Source: Pseudoalteromonas tetraodonis
GTDB lineage: Bacteria > Pseudomonadota > Gammaproteobacteria > Enterobacterales > Alteromonadaceae
Direction: 5' to 3'
Assembly: GCF_002310835.1 (NCBI RefSeq)
Contig: NZ_CP011041.1
Span: 2,490,001-2,522,000 of the forward strand
DNA length: 32,000 bases
Position numbers and translations under genes: made by a program. The notes under the pieces are model-generated. The model was not told where the DNA came from and did no database searches. It was given only the letters and a program-made list of their open reading frames with translations. Of this stretch, positions 19,004-26,394 are shown one piece after another (position 1 is the first letter of the stretch; each line of letters opens with the position of its first letter).

Positions 19004-20191
19004 ATGAAGTCGTTTTTAAAAGCAGTATTGGCAGGATTAAGCACCACTGCTGTATTAACGTTTTCACCTTTTACCCACGCTCAGTGGTATGAATCTACTG
19101 GCCATGCGGTTATTCAAAATAGCGACATTCCCGGTGCAAAGGCCGCTGCAATAAAAGATGCGATTACCCAAGCCCTTGTATTCTCTGGTGCGCGGGTGAG
19201 CTCGGTGCAAACGCTTGTTGATGGTGTTTTAACCCAAGATCAGCTAAAAATAAGTAGCCAAGGCGAAATTCAAAAAATAGAGCTTGTCAGTGAAAACCGC
19301 AGTAGTGATGAGTTTGCAATTACCTTACGCTTAGATATCTTTGCGCAAACAGAGCAATGTCCACAAAGTAACTTTAATAAGTTTATAGCCGTCACGCAAA
19401 GCCAATTAACAAATCGTGAACAAGCGAGAATGGGTCAAATATTTGACATTAACAAAGCAGTCAGTAAAAACATTTATACCTCGTTGCAAAAATCAAAAAT
19501 GAGTGCAATACCCGTTGCCTATTTCAACAAAGCTATAAAGGTTGATACCTACTTTAATCAGCAGCATGACTATTCAAACAGTCAGTTAGAAGAAATTTCA
19601 TCACGCAGCAACGCGCAATATGTGCTGTTAAGTCAAATAACCAGTTTATCTACCAGCGATAAACTCAATAGCGACTATGCGTTTTGGCAAGATGAAAGCT
19701 ATCAGCGCCACTACCAAATAGAGTTTAGCTTATTTAATGGCACCACTTATGAGCCTTTATGGCAAAATAGCTATCAAAGCCAAGCAATTTGGCCATTTGA
19801 AAAAACAGCCATTATTGATGTAAATAGTAATCGGTTTTGGCAATCACCTTTTGGCCAAAGCATTAGTGATATAAACCAAACCTTAAGTTACGACCTACAA
19901 GCCGCCATGGCCTGCCTACCTACTCAAGGTAAAATAATGCATATGGAAAACAATAAATTAGTGATTAATTTAGGTAAGGCTCATGGCTTAGAAAAAGGCC
20001 AACAACTGAGTATTGCCCATCATAATTATTTAACCGACGCACAAGGCAACACTATGCCGCATACCATCACTACACTTAACCGTATACGAATTGAGCAGCT
20101 TTATCAGCACAGCGCTATTGCCGTTAGTATTAATGATCAGCCTTTGCCGGGCGTACAAATTAATGACATTGTAGAAATTGCCGAGCAATAG
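19004..20191 (+). CDS. flgT: Flagellar H-ring protein FlgT
   Basis: 395 aa with a signal peptide ending FTHA-QW. The N-terminal segment WYESTGHAVIQNSDIPGAKAAAIKDAITQALVFSGARVSS resembles Vibrio FlgT as I remember it. The gene is divergent from flgP. Confidence 0.75.
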   Translation: MKSFLKAVLAGLSTTAVLTFSPFTHAQWYESTGHAVIQNSDIPGAKAAAIKDAITQALVFSGARVSSVQTLVDGVLTQDQLKISSQGEIQKIELVSENRSSDEFAITLRLDIFAQTEQCPQSNFNKFIAVTQSQLTNREQARMGQIFDINKAVSKNIYTSLQKSKMSAIPVAYFNKAIKVDTYFNQQHDYSNSQLEEISSRSNAQYVLLSQITSLSTSDKLNSDYAFWQDESYQRHYQIEFSLFNGTTYEPLWQNSYQSQAIWPFEKTAIIDVNSNRFWQSPFGQSISDINQTLSYDLQAAMACLPTQGKIMHMENNKLVINLGKAHGLEKGQQLSIAHHNYLTDAQGNTMPHTITTLNRIRIEQLYQHSAIAVSINDQPLPGVQINDIVEIAEQ

Positions 20192-20205
20192 CCGCATGTA
20201 AAATG

Positions 20206-21105
20206 CTAAAGCGCCTCGCTTAGTTTAGCCTTTAAATTAGAGTGGGCGCTTAACCACTGAGCCAATTGCTCAACCCCAGATAAGTGCGGGTAATGCTTTC
20301 TGCATGCAAACACAATATTACGTTGTTGATTAGGAAAAATAGGCAAATAATGAATACCCACTCGTGGTATTGCTGCAAGTTTTGGCACAAATGTAATTCC
20401 ATCATCCATCGCCACCAGCGCTAATAAAGTCTCAAGGCTATTTCCTTGATACTGGCTGGAAACATCGACTCCTGCCGAAAAACAAAACTGCTGGGCTTGA
20501 TCTTTAAAGCAATGGCCATCACTTAACATTAATAGGTTGCAACCTTGCAGGTCTTGCAGTGCCACTTTTTTATGCTTACACAATACGTTATCGCTTGATA
20601 CGGCAACTAAAAAGTCTTCTTTATATAAATCAATGGTATGGTAACTTTTAAGTTCAGGTACATCCGCTAAAATTGCAAAGTCGACTTCACCACTTTCTAG
20701 CGCAGCTAAAATAGTGGTTGTTTGCATTTCAATAAACGAAAACTGGCTATTTATAAACGCTGCTTTCATTGATGTTAGTAGCGTAGGTAATAAATAAGGC
20801 GCAATCGTTGGAATAATACCAATGGTAAGCTTGCCCTGCAGTGGTTCATTAGATGTTGCTGCCAGCTCTTTTAATATTTGTGTTTGCTCTAGAACGACAG
20901 CTATTTGTGTCAATAAACGTTCACCTTTGGCAGTTAAGGTAACGTGCTTGGTAGAGCGATCAAAAATAATAACACCCAATTCTTGCTCAAGCTTTTTAAT
21001 TTGCCCGCTTAAAGTAGGCTGGCTTACAAAACAGGCATCGGCCGCTTTACGAAAATGCTTATAGTGGGCAACCGCTTTGACATACTCTAAATCTTTTAAG
21101 TTCAT
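20206..21105 (-). CDS. oxyR: LysR-family peroxide sensor OxyR
   Basis: The helix-turn-helix region is MNLKDLEYVKAVAHYKHFRKAADACFVSQPTLSGQIKKLEQELG. The redox cysteine pair sits in LLMLSDGHCFKDQAQQFCFSAG, equivalent to E. coli C199/C208. I set the start at the ATG at 21105. Confidence 0.9.
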   Translation of the reverse strand: MNLKDLEYVKAVAHYKHFRKAADACFVSQPTLSGQIKKLEQELGVIIFDRSTKHVTLTAKGERLLTQIAVVLEQTQILKELAATSNEPLQGKLTIGIIPTIAPYLLPTLLTSMKAAFINSQFSFIEMQTTTILAALESGEVDFAILADVPELKSYHTIDLYKEDFLVAVSSDNVLCKHKKVALQDLQGCNLLMLSDGHCFKDQAQQFCFSAGVDVSSQYQGNSLETLLALVAMDDGITFVPKLAAIPRVGIHYLPIFPNQQRNIVFACRKHYPHLSGVEQLAQWLSAHSNLKAKLSEAL

Positions 21106-21121
21106 ATTCACACCCAACCTG

Positions 21122-21158
21122 ATAGTTTACATCTATCAGTTTAATACAAACAAACGAT
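21122..21158. promoter_or_regulatory. OxyR operator (four ATAG-type half-sites at 10-bp phasing)
   Basis: ATAG-tttacat-CTAT-cagttta-ATAC-aaacaaa-CGAT, against the consensus ATAG-N7-CTAT-N7-ATAG-N7-CTAT. It lies in the oxyR/prx divergent spacer and abuts the -35 of the prx promoter. Confidence 0.8.
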
Positions 21159-21187
21159 TGGAACTATATTTAAATACTCGCCATAAT
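21158..21187 (+). promoter_or_regulatory. Sigma70-type promoter of the peroxiredoxin gene
   Basis: TTGGAA (21158-21163) - 18 nt - CATAAT (21182-21187), about 33 nt upstream of the ATG at 21220. Confidence 0.5.
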
Positions 21188-21219
21188 GGCTATCAACAAA
21201 TCAAGAGGAACTAAAAAAC

Positions 21220-21948
21220 ATGTTAAACAATATTGAAGGTCAAACAATCCCAAACGTAACATTCGCAACGCGTCAAAACGACGAATGGAAATCAGTGACT
21301 ACAGACGACATTTTTAAAGGTAAAACGGTTGTTGTATTTTCACTACCAGGTGCATTTACACCTACGTGTTCATCAACGCACTTACCACGCTATAACGAAC
21401 TAGCTGGCGTACTTAAGCAAAATGGCGTTGATGACATTGTTTGTGTATCAGTAAACGATACGTTTGTAATGAACGCATGGGCTGAACATCAAGAAGCGCA
21501 AAACATTACCTTACTACCAGATGGTAACGGTGAATTTACCGACGGCATGGGCATGTTAGTTGATAAAAACGATTTAGGTTTTGGCAAGCGCAGCTGGAGA
21601 TACTCTATGCTGGTTAAAGATGGCGTAGTAGAGAAAATGTTTATTGAGCCAGATTTACCAGGCGACCCATTTGAAGTATCAGACGCTGACACTATGCTTG
21701 ATTACATCAACCCAACTCAAGTAAAACCAGAAGCAGTTACTCTATTTACTAAGCCTGGCTGTCCTTTCTGTAAAAAAGCAAAAGAGCTACTTACAGCTAA
21801 AGGCTTTGCATTTGAAGAAATCGTAATGGGCGCTGGCGCATCACTTACCAGCCTTAAAGCGGTATCGGGCCGTGAAACCGTACCACAAGTATTTATTGGC
21901 GGTAAGCACATTGGTGGCTCAGACGACCTAGAAAAATACTTTGCTTAA
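21220..21948 (+). CDS. Hybrid peroxiredoxin-glutaredoxin (Prx5-type Prx fused to Grx)
   Basis: 242 aa. The peroxidatic-Cys motif is [12 protein letters not shown]. The C-terminal Grx active site is [14 protein letters not shown], followed by [18 protein letters not shown]. It is divergent from oxyR, as I recall for Vibrio prxA. Confidence 0.92.
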   Translation: MLNNIEGQTIPNVTFATRQNDEWKSVTTDDIFKGKTVVVFSLPGAFTPTCSSTHLPRYNELAGVLKQNGVDDIVCVSVNDTFVMNAWAEHQEAQNITLLPDGNGEFTDGMGMLVDKNDLGFGKRSWRYSMLVKDGVVEKMFIEPDLPGDPFEVSDADTMLDYINPTQVKPEAVTLFTKPGCPFCKKAKELLTAKGFAFEEIVMGAGASLTSLKAVSGRETVPQVFIGGKHIGGSDDLEKYFA

Positions 21949-21958
21949 TTAAGTAAAT

Positions 21959-21986
21959 AAAACAGGGGCTGCAACGCCCCTGTTTA
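21959..21986 (+). terminator. GC-rich hairpin (partial terminator or attenuator) between prx and the reductase gene
   Basis: Stem aacaggggc (21961-21969) / gcccctgtt (21976-21984), loop tgcaac. Only a short T tract follows (tttact), so read-through is likely. Confidence 0.55.
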
Positions 21987-22002
21987 CTAAAGGATAAACA
22001 CT

Positions 22003-23451
22003 ATGAAAGAATTGCAAACCGACGTTGTTGTTATAGGTGCAGGTACCGCTGGTTTAAGTGCCTATCGTAATGCTAAACAATTTACTCAAAACGTACTTAT
22101 GATTGAATCTGGCCCATACGGTACAACCTGCGCACGTGTTGGTTGCATGCCAAGTAAATTATTGATTGCCGCAGCAGAAGCCGCCCATTCAATAGAAATG
22201 GCCTCTGCCTTTGGTGTTCACAGCTCAAAACCGGTTATTGACGGTAAAGCCGTTATGGCACGAGTAAAAAGTGAGCGCGATCGCTTTGCAGGATTCGTAG
22301 TAGAAGCGGTAGATGAAATACCTAGCGAAGATAAAATTCGTGGCTATGCACAATTTTTAGACGCCAACCGCGTACAAATAGACGACCACACCATTATAAC
22401 TGCCAAACGCTTTGTAATTGCAACGGGTTCACGCCCTTCTTACCCAGGCGTATTTAATAACTTTGGCGACCGACTGATTATAAATGACGATGTATTCGAC
22501 TGGGATGATTTACCAGAATCAGTAGCCGTATTTGGCCCAGGTGTTATAGGCCTTGAAATTGGCCAAGCGTTACACAGATTGGGTGTAAAGGTAAAACTAT
22601 TTGGTGTAGGTGGTGCCATAGGTCCATTAACCGACCCAGTAGTTAAAGATTACGCTAATACCGTATTTGCAGAAGAATTTTATGTTGATACCGACTCAAA
22701 CGTATCCGACATGAAAAAAGTTGGTAATAAAGCAGAGCTCACCTACACCAACAAACAAGGCATTAAACACACTGAACAATTTGACTACGTGCTGGCTGCA
22801 ACAGGGCGAGTACCAAACACAGATAAACTAGGGTTAGAAAACACCGGCATAGACCTCGATGAACGTGGCGTACCAACGGCCGATGCCCATACTATGCAAT
22901 GTGGCGACTCACACATATTTATAGCCGGTGATGCCAGTAACATGATCCCACTGCTTCACGAAGCATCTGATCAAGGAACAATCGCAGGGCAAAACGCAGG
23001 CCGTTATCCTCAAGTGCGTGCTGGTTTACGTAGAGCTAAAATTGCCGCTGTGTTTAGCGACCCACAAATAGCCATGGTTGGTGAAAGCTTTAAAGAAATT
23101 AGCGAACGATTAGGAAGCTGTGACTGCTTTGAAATAGGCGAAGTCAGCTTTGAAAACCAAGGCCGTAGCCGCGTTATGCTAAAAAACAAAGGGCACATGC
23201 GTGTGTATGCCGAGCACGGTACCGGCTTATTTTTAGGTGCTGAATTTATTGGCCCACAAGCAGAGCACATAGCACACTTACTTGCATGGGCTGTACAAAA
23301 CAAAATGACTGTACCACAAATGCTAGATATGCCTTTTTATCACCCTGTTATTGAAGAAGGTCTACGCACTGCACTGCGTGATTTAAACGCTAAATTAAAA
23401 TTTGGCCCAGACATTCTTAACCATTGTATGGAATGTGGCCCAGGCGCATAA
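22003..23451 (+). CDS. Class I pyridine nucleotide-disulfide oxidoreductase, dihydrolipoyl-dehydrogenase-like
   Basis: 482 aa. The FAD fold is VVVIGAGTAGLSAY and the redox-active disulfide is GTTCARVGCMPSKLL. An NAD fold (VAVFGPGVIGLEIGQAL) and a dimerisation domain with HPVIEE are also present. An extra C-terminal CMEC pair is present. Confidence 0.88.
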   Translation: MKELQTDVVVIGAGTAGLSAYRNAKQFTQNVLMIESGPYGTTCARVGCMPSKLLIAAAEAAHSIEMASAFGVHSSKPVIDGKAVMARVKSERDRFAGFVVEAVDEIPSEDKIRGYAQFLDANRVQIDDHTIITAKRFVIATGSRPSYPGVFNNFGDRLIINDDVFDWDDLPESVAVFGPGVIGLEIGQALHRLGVKVKLFGVGGAIGPLTDPVVKDYANTVFAEEFYVDTDSNVSDMKKVGNKAELTYTNKQGIKHTEQFDYVLAATGRVPNTDKLGLENTGIDLDERGVPTADAHTMQCGDSHIFIAGDASNMIPLLHEASDQGTIAGQNAGRYPQVRAGLRRAKIAAVFSDPQIAMVGESFKEISERLGSCDCFEIGEVSFENQGRSRVMLKNKGHMRVYAEHGTGLFLGAEFIGPQAEHIAHLLAWAVQNKMTVPQMLDMPFYHPVIEEGLRTALRDLNAKLKFGPDILNHCMECGPGA

Positions 23452-23478
23452 CACATCACTAATACACACTTGCTACTC

Positions 23479-23509
23479 AAAGCCAAAACCATTGTTTTGG
23501 CTTTTTTTA
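23479..23509 (+). terminator. Rho-independent terminator after the reductase gene
   Basis: Stem agccaaaac (23481-23489) / gttttggct (23494-23502), loop catt, followed by TTTTTT. Confidence 0.85.
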
Positions 23510-23584
23510 TGTTAAAAACTGGTATATAAAATGGAGTTTAAACTGCTACACTCAGATTAATAAACAAACAAAAATGGACCGAAA

Positions 23585-24517
23585 ATGAGCAATAATAAAT
23601 ATAGACTTGTCACTCGAAGCGATTTTGACGGCCTAGTGTGTGCCGTATTACTAAAAGATTTAGATTTAATCGACGATATTTTATTTGTGCATCCAAAAGA
23701 CATGCAAGACGGTAAAATAGCCATTACCAGCAACGACATTACCACTAACCTCCCCTATGTTGCCGGTTGTCATATTGCATTTGATCATCACTTGAGTGAA
23801 ACCGTTCGTAACGCAAGCGATATAAAAAACCACATTATTGACCCAGATGCGCCCTCTGCAGCACGCGTTGTATACGACTATTATGGCGGTGCAGAGAAAT
23901 TCCCTAATATTTCAACTGACATGATGGAAGCGGTCGATAAAGGGGATTCTGCACAATTTTCAAAAGACGAAATTTTAAACCCAACAGACTGGGTACTGAT
24001 GAACTTTATTATGGATGCGCGCACAGGACTTGGCCGTTTTCGTGAATTCAAAATTTCTAATTACCAGTTAATGATGAAGTTAATTGACGCCTGTAAAGAT
24101 CACAGCATAGAACAAATACTAGCAATGGAAGATGTTGCCGAGCGTGTTGCGTTATACCACGAGCACAACGCACAAGCTAAAGAGCAAATAGACCGCTGTT
24201 CATCAATACACGACAACTTAGTGGTACTCAATTTAACCGAAGAAGAAACCATTTACGCCACTAACCGCTTTGTTATTTACGCCATGTTCCCCGAGTGTAA
24301 TATTTCAATTCATAAAATGTGGGGGCTTAAAAAGCAAAACGTGGTGTACGCCATTGGTAAATCAATCACCAACCGCAGCTCAAATACTAATGTTGGCGAG
24401 TTATGCCTTAAATACGGCGGCGGCGGCCATTTAAATGCCGGTACTTGCCAAGTAGACACTGACAAAGCCGAAGAAGTATTGAGTGAGCTGATTGCTACGA
24501 TTACCAGTGATGGCTGA
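23585..24517 (+). CDS. DHH/DHHA1-family phosphoesterase (NrnB / exopolyphosphatase-like)
   Basis: 310 aa. Motifs are TRSDFDG (DHH motif I/II region), IAFDHH (the DHH motif itself) and YGGGGHLNAG (the DHHA1 GGGH motif). Confidence 0.8.
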   Translation: MSNNKYRLVTRSDFDGLVCAVLLKDLDLIDDILFVHPKDMQDGKIAITSNDITTNLPYVAGCHIAFDHHLSETVRNASDIKNHIIDPDAPSAARVVYDYYGGAEKFPNISTDMMEAVDKGDSAQFSKDEILNPTDWVLMNFIMDARTGLGRFREFKISNYQLMMKLIDACKDHSIEQILAMEDVAERVALYHEHNAQAKEQIDRCSSIHDNLVVLNLTEEETIYATNRFVIYAMFPECNISIHKMWGLKKQNVVYAIGKSITNRSSNTNVGELCLKYGGGGHLNAGTCQVDTDKAEEVLSELIATITSDG

Positions 24518-24530
24518 GTTATAGCCACGA

Positions 24531-24551
24531 GGTTCGGGGTTCGGGGTTCGG
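24531..24551. repeat. Heptanucleotide microsatellite (GGTTCGG)x3
   Basis: Three perfect tandem copies read directly, starting 14 nt after the DHH gene stop. Confidence 0.9.
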
Positions 24552-24565
24552 CAAAGTATTTTATA

Positions 24566-24596
24566 AAGCGGGCTAATTGATAGCTCGCTTTTTTAT
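24566..24596 (+). terminator. Rho-independent terminator after the DHH gene
   Basis: 9-bp stem aagcgggct (24566-24574) / agctcgctt (24582-24590) with one G-T pair, followed by ttttatt. Confidence 0.7.
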
Positions 24597-24847
24597 TATG
24601 AAAAATTTAATGGAGGGCTTCTTTGAGAGAAATATAGTCATTCGGGTGAGTCATCATTAACTTAGTAAGAATAGGAGGAAACTTTCCTATTTTTACATGT
24701 TTATATAAGTTACATAAGGCATAATATTTATAGCTGGCAATAGCTTACACTATTTGCTATTAATACAAGTTCATAAAATAAGGATGTTTTCGCGCTAAAG
24801 TAGGGGAAGTGTTCTCTGATAAAGCTGTTATGTTTCAAGGAGAGTTT

Positions 24848-25186
24848 GTGAGTCAATATGAAATAATAAGCACTTCAATTGCTTTAATTGCTTTAATTGC
24901 AGTATGTGTTTCTTTTATGGCAATAGTACGAACTCGTAAACTATCAGAAAAACAATTAGCGTTTGAAAAAACAAATGCTAAGTTGTCTGCTCTAGCTATT
25001 CTAGTTTCAGAATATAAATCTTAAGCAGAATCAATTAGAGTTGCGTTAAATGATGGCACTATCGAGATAGAAAACCTATCTAGAATTGGTATGGAAAACG
25101 CTTTAGATGAAGTTCTCGACAAACAATATAAAGCTATTGAGGATATAGAAAAAATACTAATTACTCATCAAGCAACTGAAACATAA
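24848..25186 (+). pseudogene. Small single-pass membrane / coiled-coil protein ORF interrupted by an in-frame TAA at 25022-25024
   Basis: AAGGAG SD at 24837-24842, then GTG at 24848 (alternative ATG at 24830). The ORF encodes a TM helix (IISTSIALIALIAVCVSFMAIV) and stops at TAA 25022. The same frame stays open for 53 more codons (AESIRVALNDGTIEIENLSRIGMENALDEVLDKQYKAIEDIEKILITHQATET) to TAA 25184-25186. I verified the frame by hand. Confidence 0.45.
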
Positions 25187-25371
25187 CAAGCGAATAAGTC
25201 AGGACTAAAAACTGTTGGCTTTTGCTCCTGCCTCGCTTATTTTAGTCAACCATTTTTAGCCCATGATTATGGGCGTTACCAATCTAAACTGTTGGCACTC
25301 AGCCGATAGTCGTTATAGAGTGGTTTAACTTACAGTGTAAAGCAGTTGTTTCTGGTAGATTCATCATTTTT

Positions 25372-25447
25372 GTCGGATGGCGTGGCTCCGCCACTTATCC
25401 GACCTACGTCAAAATGTAGGTTGGTTAAGCCGAAGGCGCCACCCAAC
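25372..25447. repeat. Inverted pair of REP-like palindromic elements (BIME-like)
   Basis: REP1 at 25372-25407 is GTCGGATGGCGTGGCTCCGCCACTTATCCGACCTAC, with outer stem GTCGGAT/ATCCGAC and inner stem GTGGC/GCCAC. REP2 at 25416-25447 is GTAGGTTGGTTAAGCCGAAGGCGCCACCCAAC in the opposite orientation. The tails (CTTATCCGACCTAC) resemble the enterobacterial REP consensus tail CTTATCCGGCCTAC. Confidence 0.75.
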
Positions 25448-25559
25448 AGGCTTTCAAATTCACTTTTCATCCGCACATGGCACATAGCTGACATTGCTAC
25501 AAATATACTACATAGAGTTGGGATAGGAATAGAGAGAAAAAATAACCCATTGATTTAAT

Positions 25560-25634
25560 TGGTAGCCCCTGCAGGAATCGAACCTGCAACTGCCCCTTAG
25601 GAGGGGGCCGTTATATCCATTTAACTAAGAGGCC
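25560..25634 (-). tRNA. argW: tRNA-Arg (anticodon CCT)
   Basis: I folded a 75-nt cloverleaf by hand from the reverse complement. Acceptor stem is GGCCTCT/AGGGGCT with G1-U72 and U5-G68 wobbles. D stem is GTTA/TAAC with GG in the loop. Anticodon stem is GCCCC/GGGGC with loop CTCCTAA. T arm is GCAGG-TTCGATT-CCTGC, followed by an encoded ACCA end. It is nearly identical in the D, anticodon and T arms to E. coli argW as I recall it. Confidence 0.93.
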
Positions 25635-25665
25635 ACGCTGGGTGCTAAGTACTAGGTGTTTGGAA

Positions 25666-25695
25666 ATTATAACGGCATCTGGTTTTTTATATCAA
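25666..25695 (-). promoter_or_regulatory. Sigma70-type promoter for tRNA-Arg
   Basis: The minus strand reads TTGATA (rc of 25690-25695) - 18 nt - TATAAT (rc of 25666-25671), about 30 nt upstream of the mature tRNA 5' end. Confidence 0.5.
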
Positions 25696-25708
25696 GCATC
25701 AAATTAAG

Positions 25709-26386
25709 TTAATTGCTTGATAAATATATATCTTCTTTATTTAATACGTAAAGCGGTATAAATGTTCGGCTGCTGGCTGCTAAACGTTTGCTTTGAATAT
25801 CAATAACGCGTGCGTTTATTTCTACCCCGTCCTCTCTATAAATAAGGGTGCCTGACAATACATGGCTGGCTATACTGGTACCAGCAAGTTTGCGAGTGTT
25901 TCGTGTAAAGGCAAAATCGCCTTGCTTATTTACGGTAATTAAATTGGCTGTTTTAAAATCAACGGCGCTATAACCAAACTTTTGTAGCTGATGTATAAAG
26001 GTTTCTGATAACTGATTACCTAACTGGCTTGCTGTAGTTAAACTTGCGTCTAAATCAACGAACGACGTAACCGCAATCGCTGCATCTTGAGGGGCTACTT
26101 GCATGGTGTCGGTTAAATCAAGTGCCATTTGCTCAACGTAATTAACTAAGCTTTTGTGGTGCTTGTTTGGATTAAATTGCGTTGTATCAGCATATTGCTC
26201 TTGCTCGTCATTGCGCTGCATTTGCGCCATGATCTGGTTAAAATCAAGATCACTTACCACTGTTTGCTCTGGCTCAGATTTGGCGGGTTCGGCCATGCTA
26301 GATTCACCAAGTAAATTACAGCCTGAAAGTAATAATGATAATGCACTTATGCTAATTAAAGCTGAGCGCTTAGCTAAGTTAGCCAT
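25709..26386 (-). CDS. FlgO/LpoB-like outer-membrane lipoprotein, paralog 3
   Basis: Lipobox LLLSGC. The core is IAVTSFVDLD...LGNQLSETFIHQLQKFGYSAVDFK...GDFAFTRN...HVLSGTLIYREDGVEINARVID...FIP. I set the start at the ATG at 26386, with GAGG 6 nt upstream overlapping the paralog-2 stop. The family call rests on motif memory only. Confidence 0.7.
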   Translation of the reverse strand: MANLAKRSALISISALSLLLSGCNLLGESSMAEPAKSEPEQTVVSDLDFNQIMAQMQRNDEQEQYADTTQFNPNKHHKSLVNYVEQMALDLTDTMQVAPQDAAIAVTSFVDLDASLTTASQLGNQLSETFIHQLQKFGYSAVDFKTANLITVNKQGDFAFTRNTRKLAGTSIASHVLSGTLIYREDGVEINARVIDIQSKRLAASSRTFIPLYVLNKEDIYLSSN

Positions 26387-26394
26387 GATAAACC

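Noticed and set aside
20192-20205. The 14-nt gap between convergent flgT and oxyR, with no visible terminator.
   Set aside because: It is unusual but too short to analyse. No hairpin of convincing length could be drawn, so there is nothing testable from sequence alone.
2208-21117. Longer N-terminal extensions in the ORF track: MKLGDGK- on the flagellin, MGGC- on FlgH, MEVV- on FlgB, MGVN- on OxyR, MGNIRIFI- on FlgM and MSLTF- on FlgN.
   Set aside because: All begin at TTG or GTG. They would bury the obvious Shine-Dalgarno of a downstream ATG that yields the canonical family N-terminus.
8269-24551. Short tandem repeats (8269-8297 and 24531-24551), considered as possible CRISPR or mini-arrays.
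   Set aside because: The units are 7-15 bp and directly abutting with no spacers, which is far from CRISPR architecture.
25346-25558. A 70-aa plus-strand ORF between the AT-rich islet and the tRNA.
   Set aside because: It is made up largely of the two REP palindromes. It has no SD and an Arg/Pro/Leu-rich composition typical of translated repeats.
24518-25708. A search for an integrase, toxin-antitoxin pair, defence gene, or tRNA 3'-end direct repeat that would define a genomic island at tRNA-Arg.
   Set aside because: There is no ORF above 71 codons on either strand. I could find no copy of the tRNA 3' segment (ggaatcgaacctgc or its complement) by eye. Only remnant-level evidence remains.
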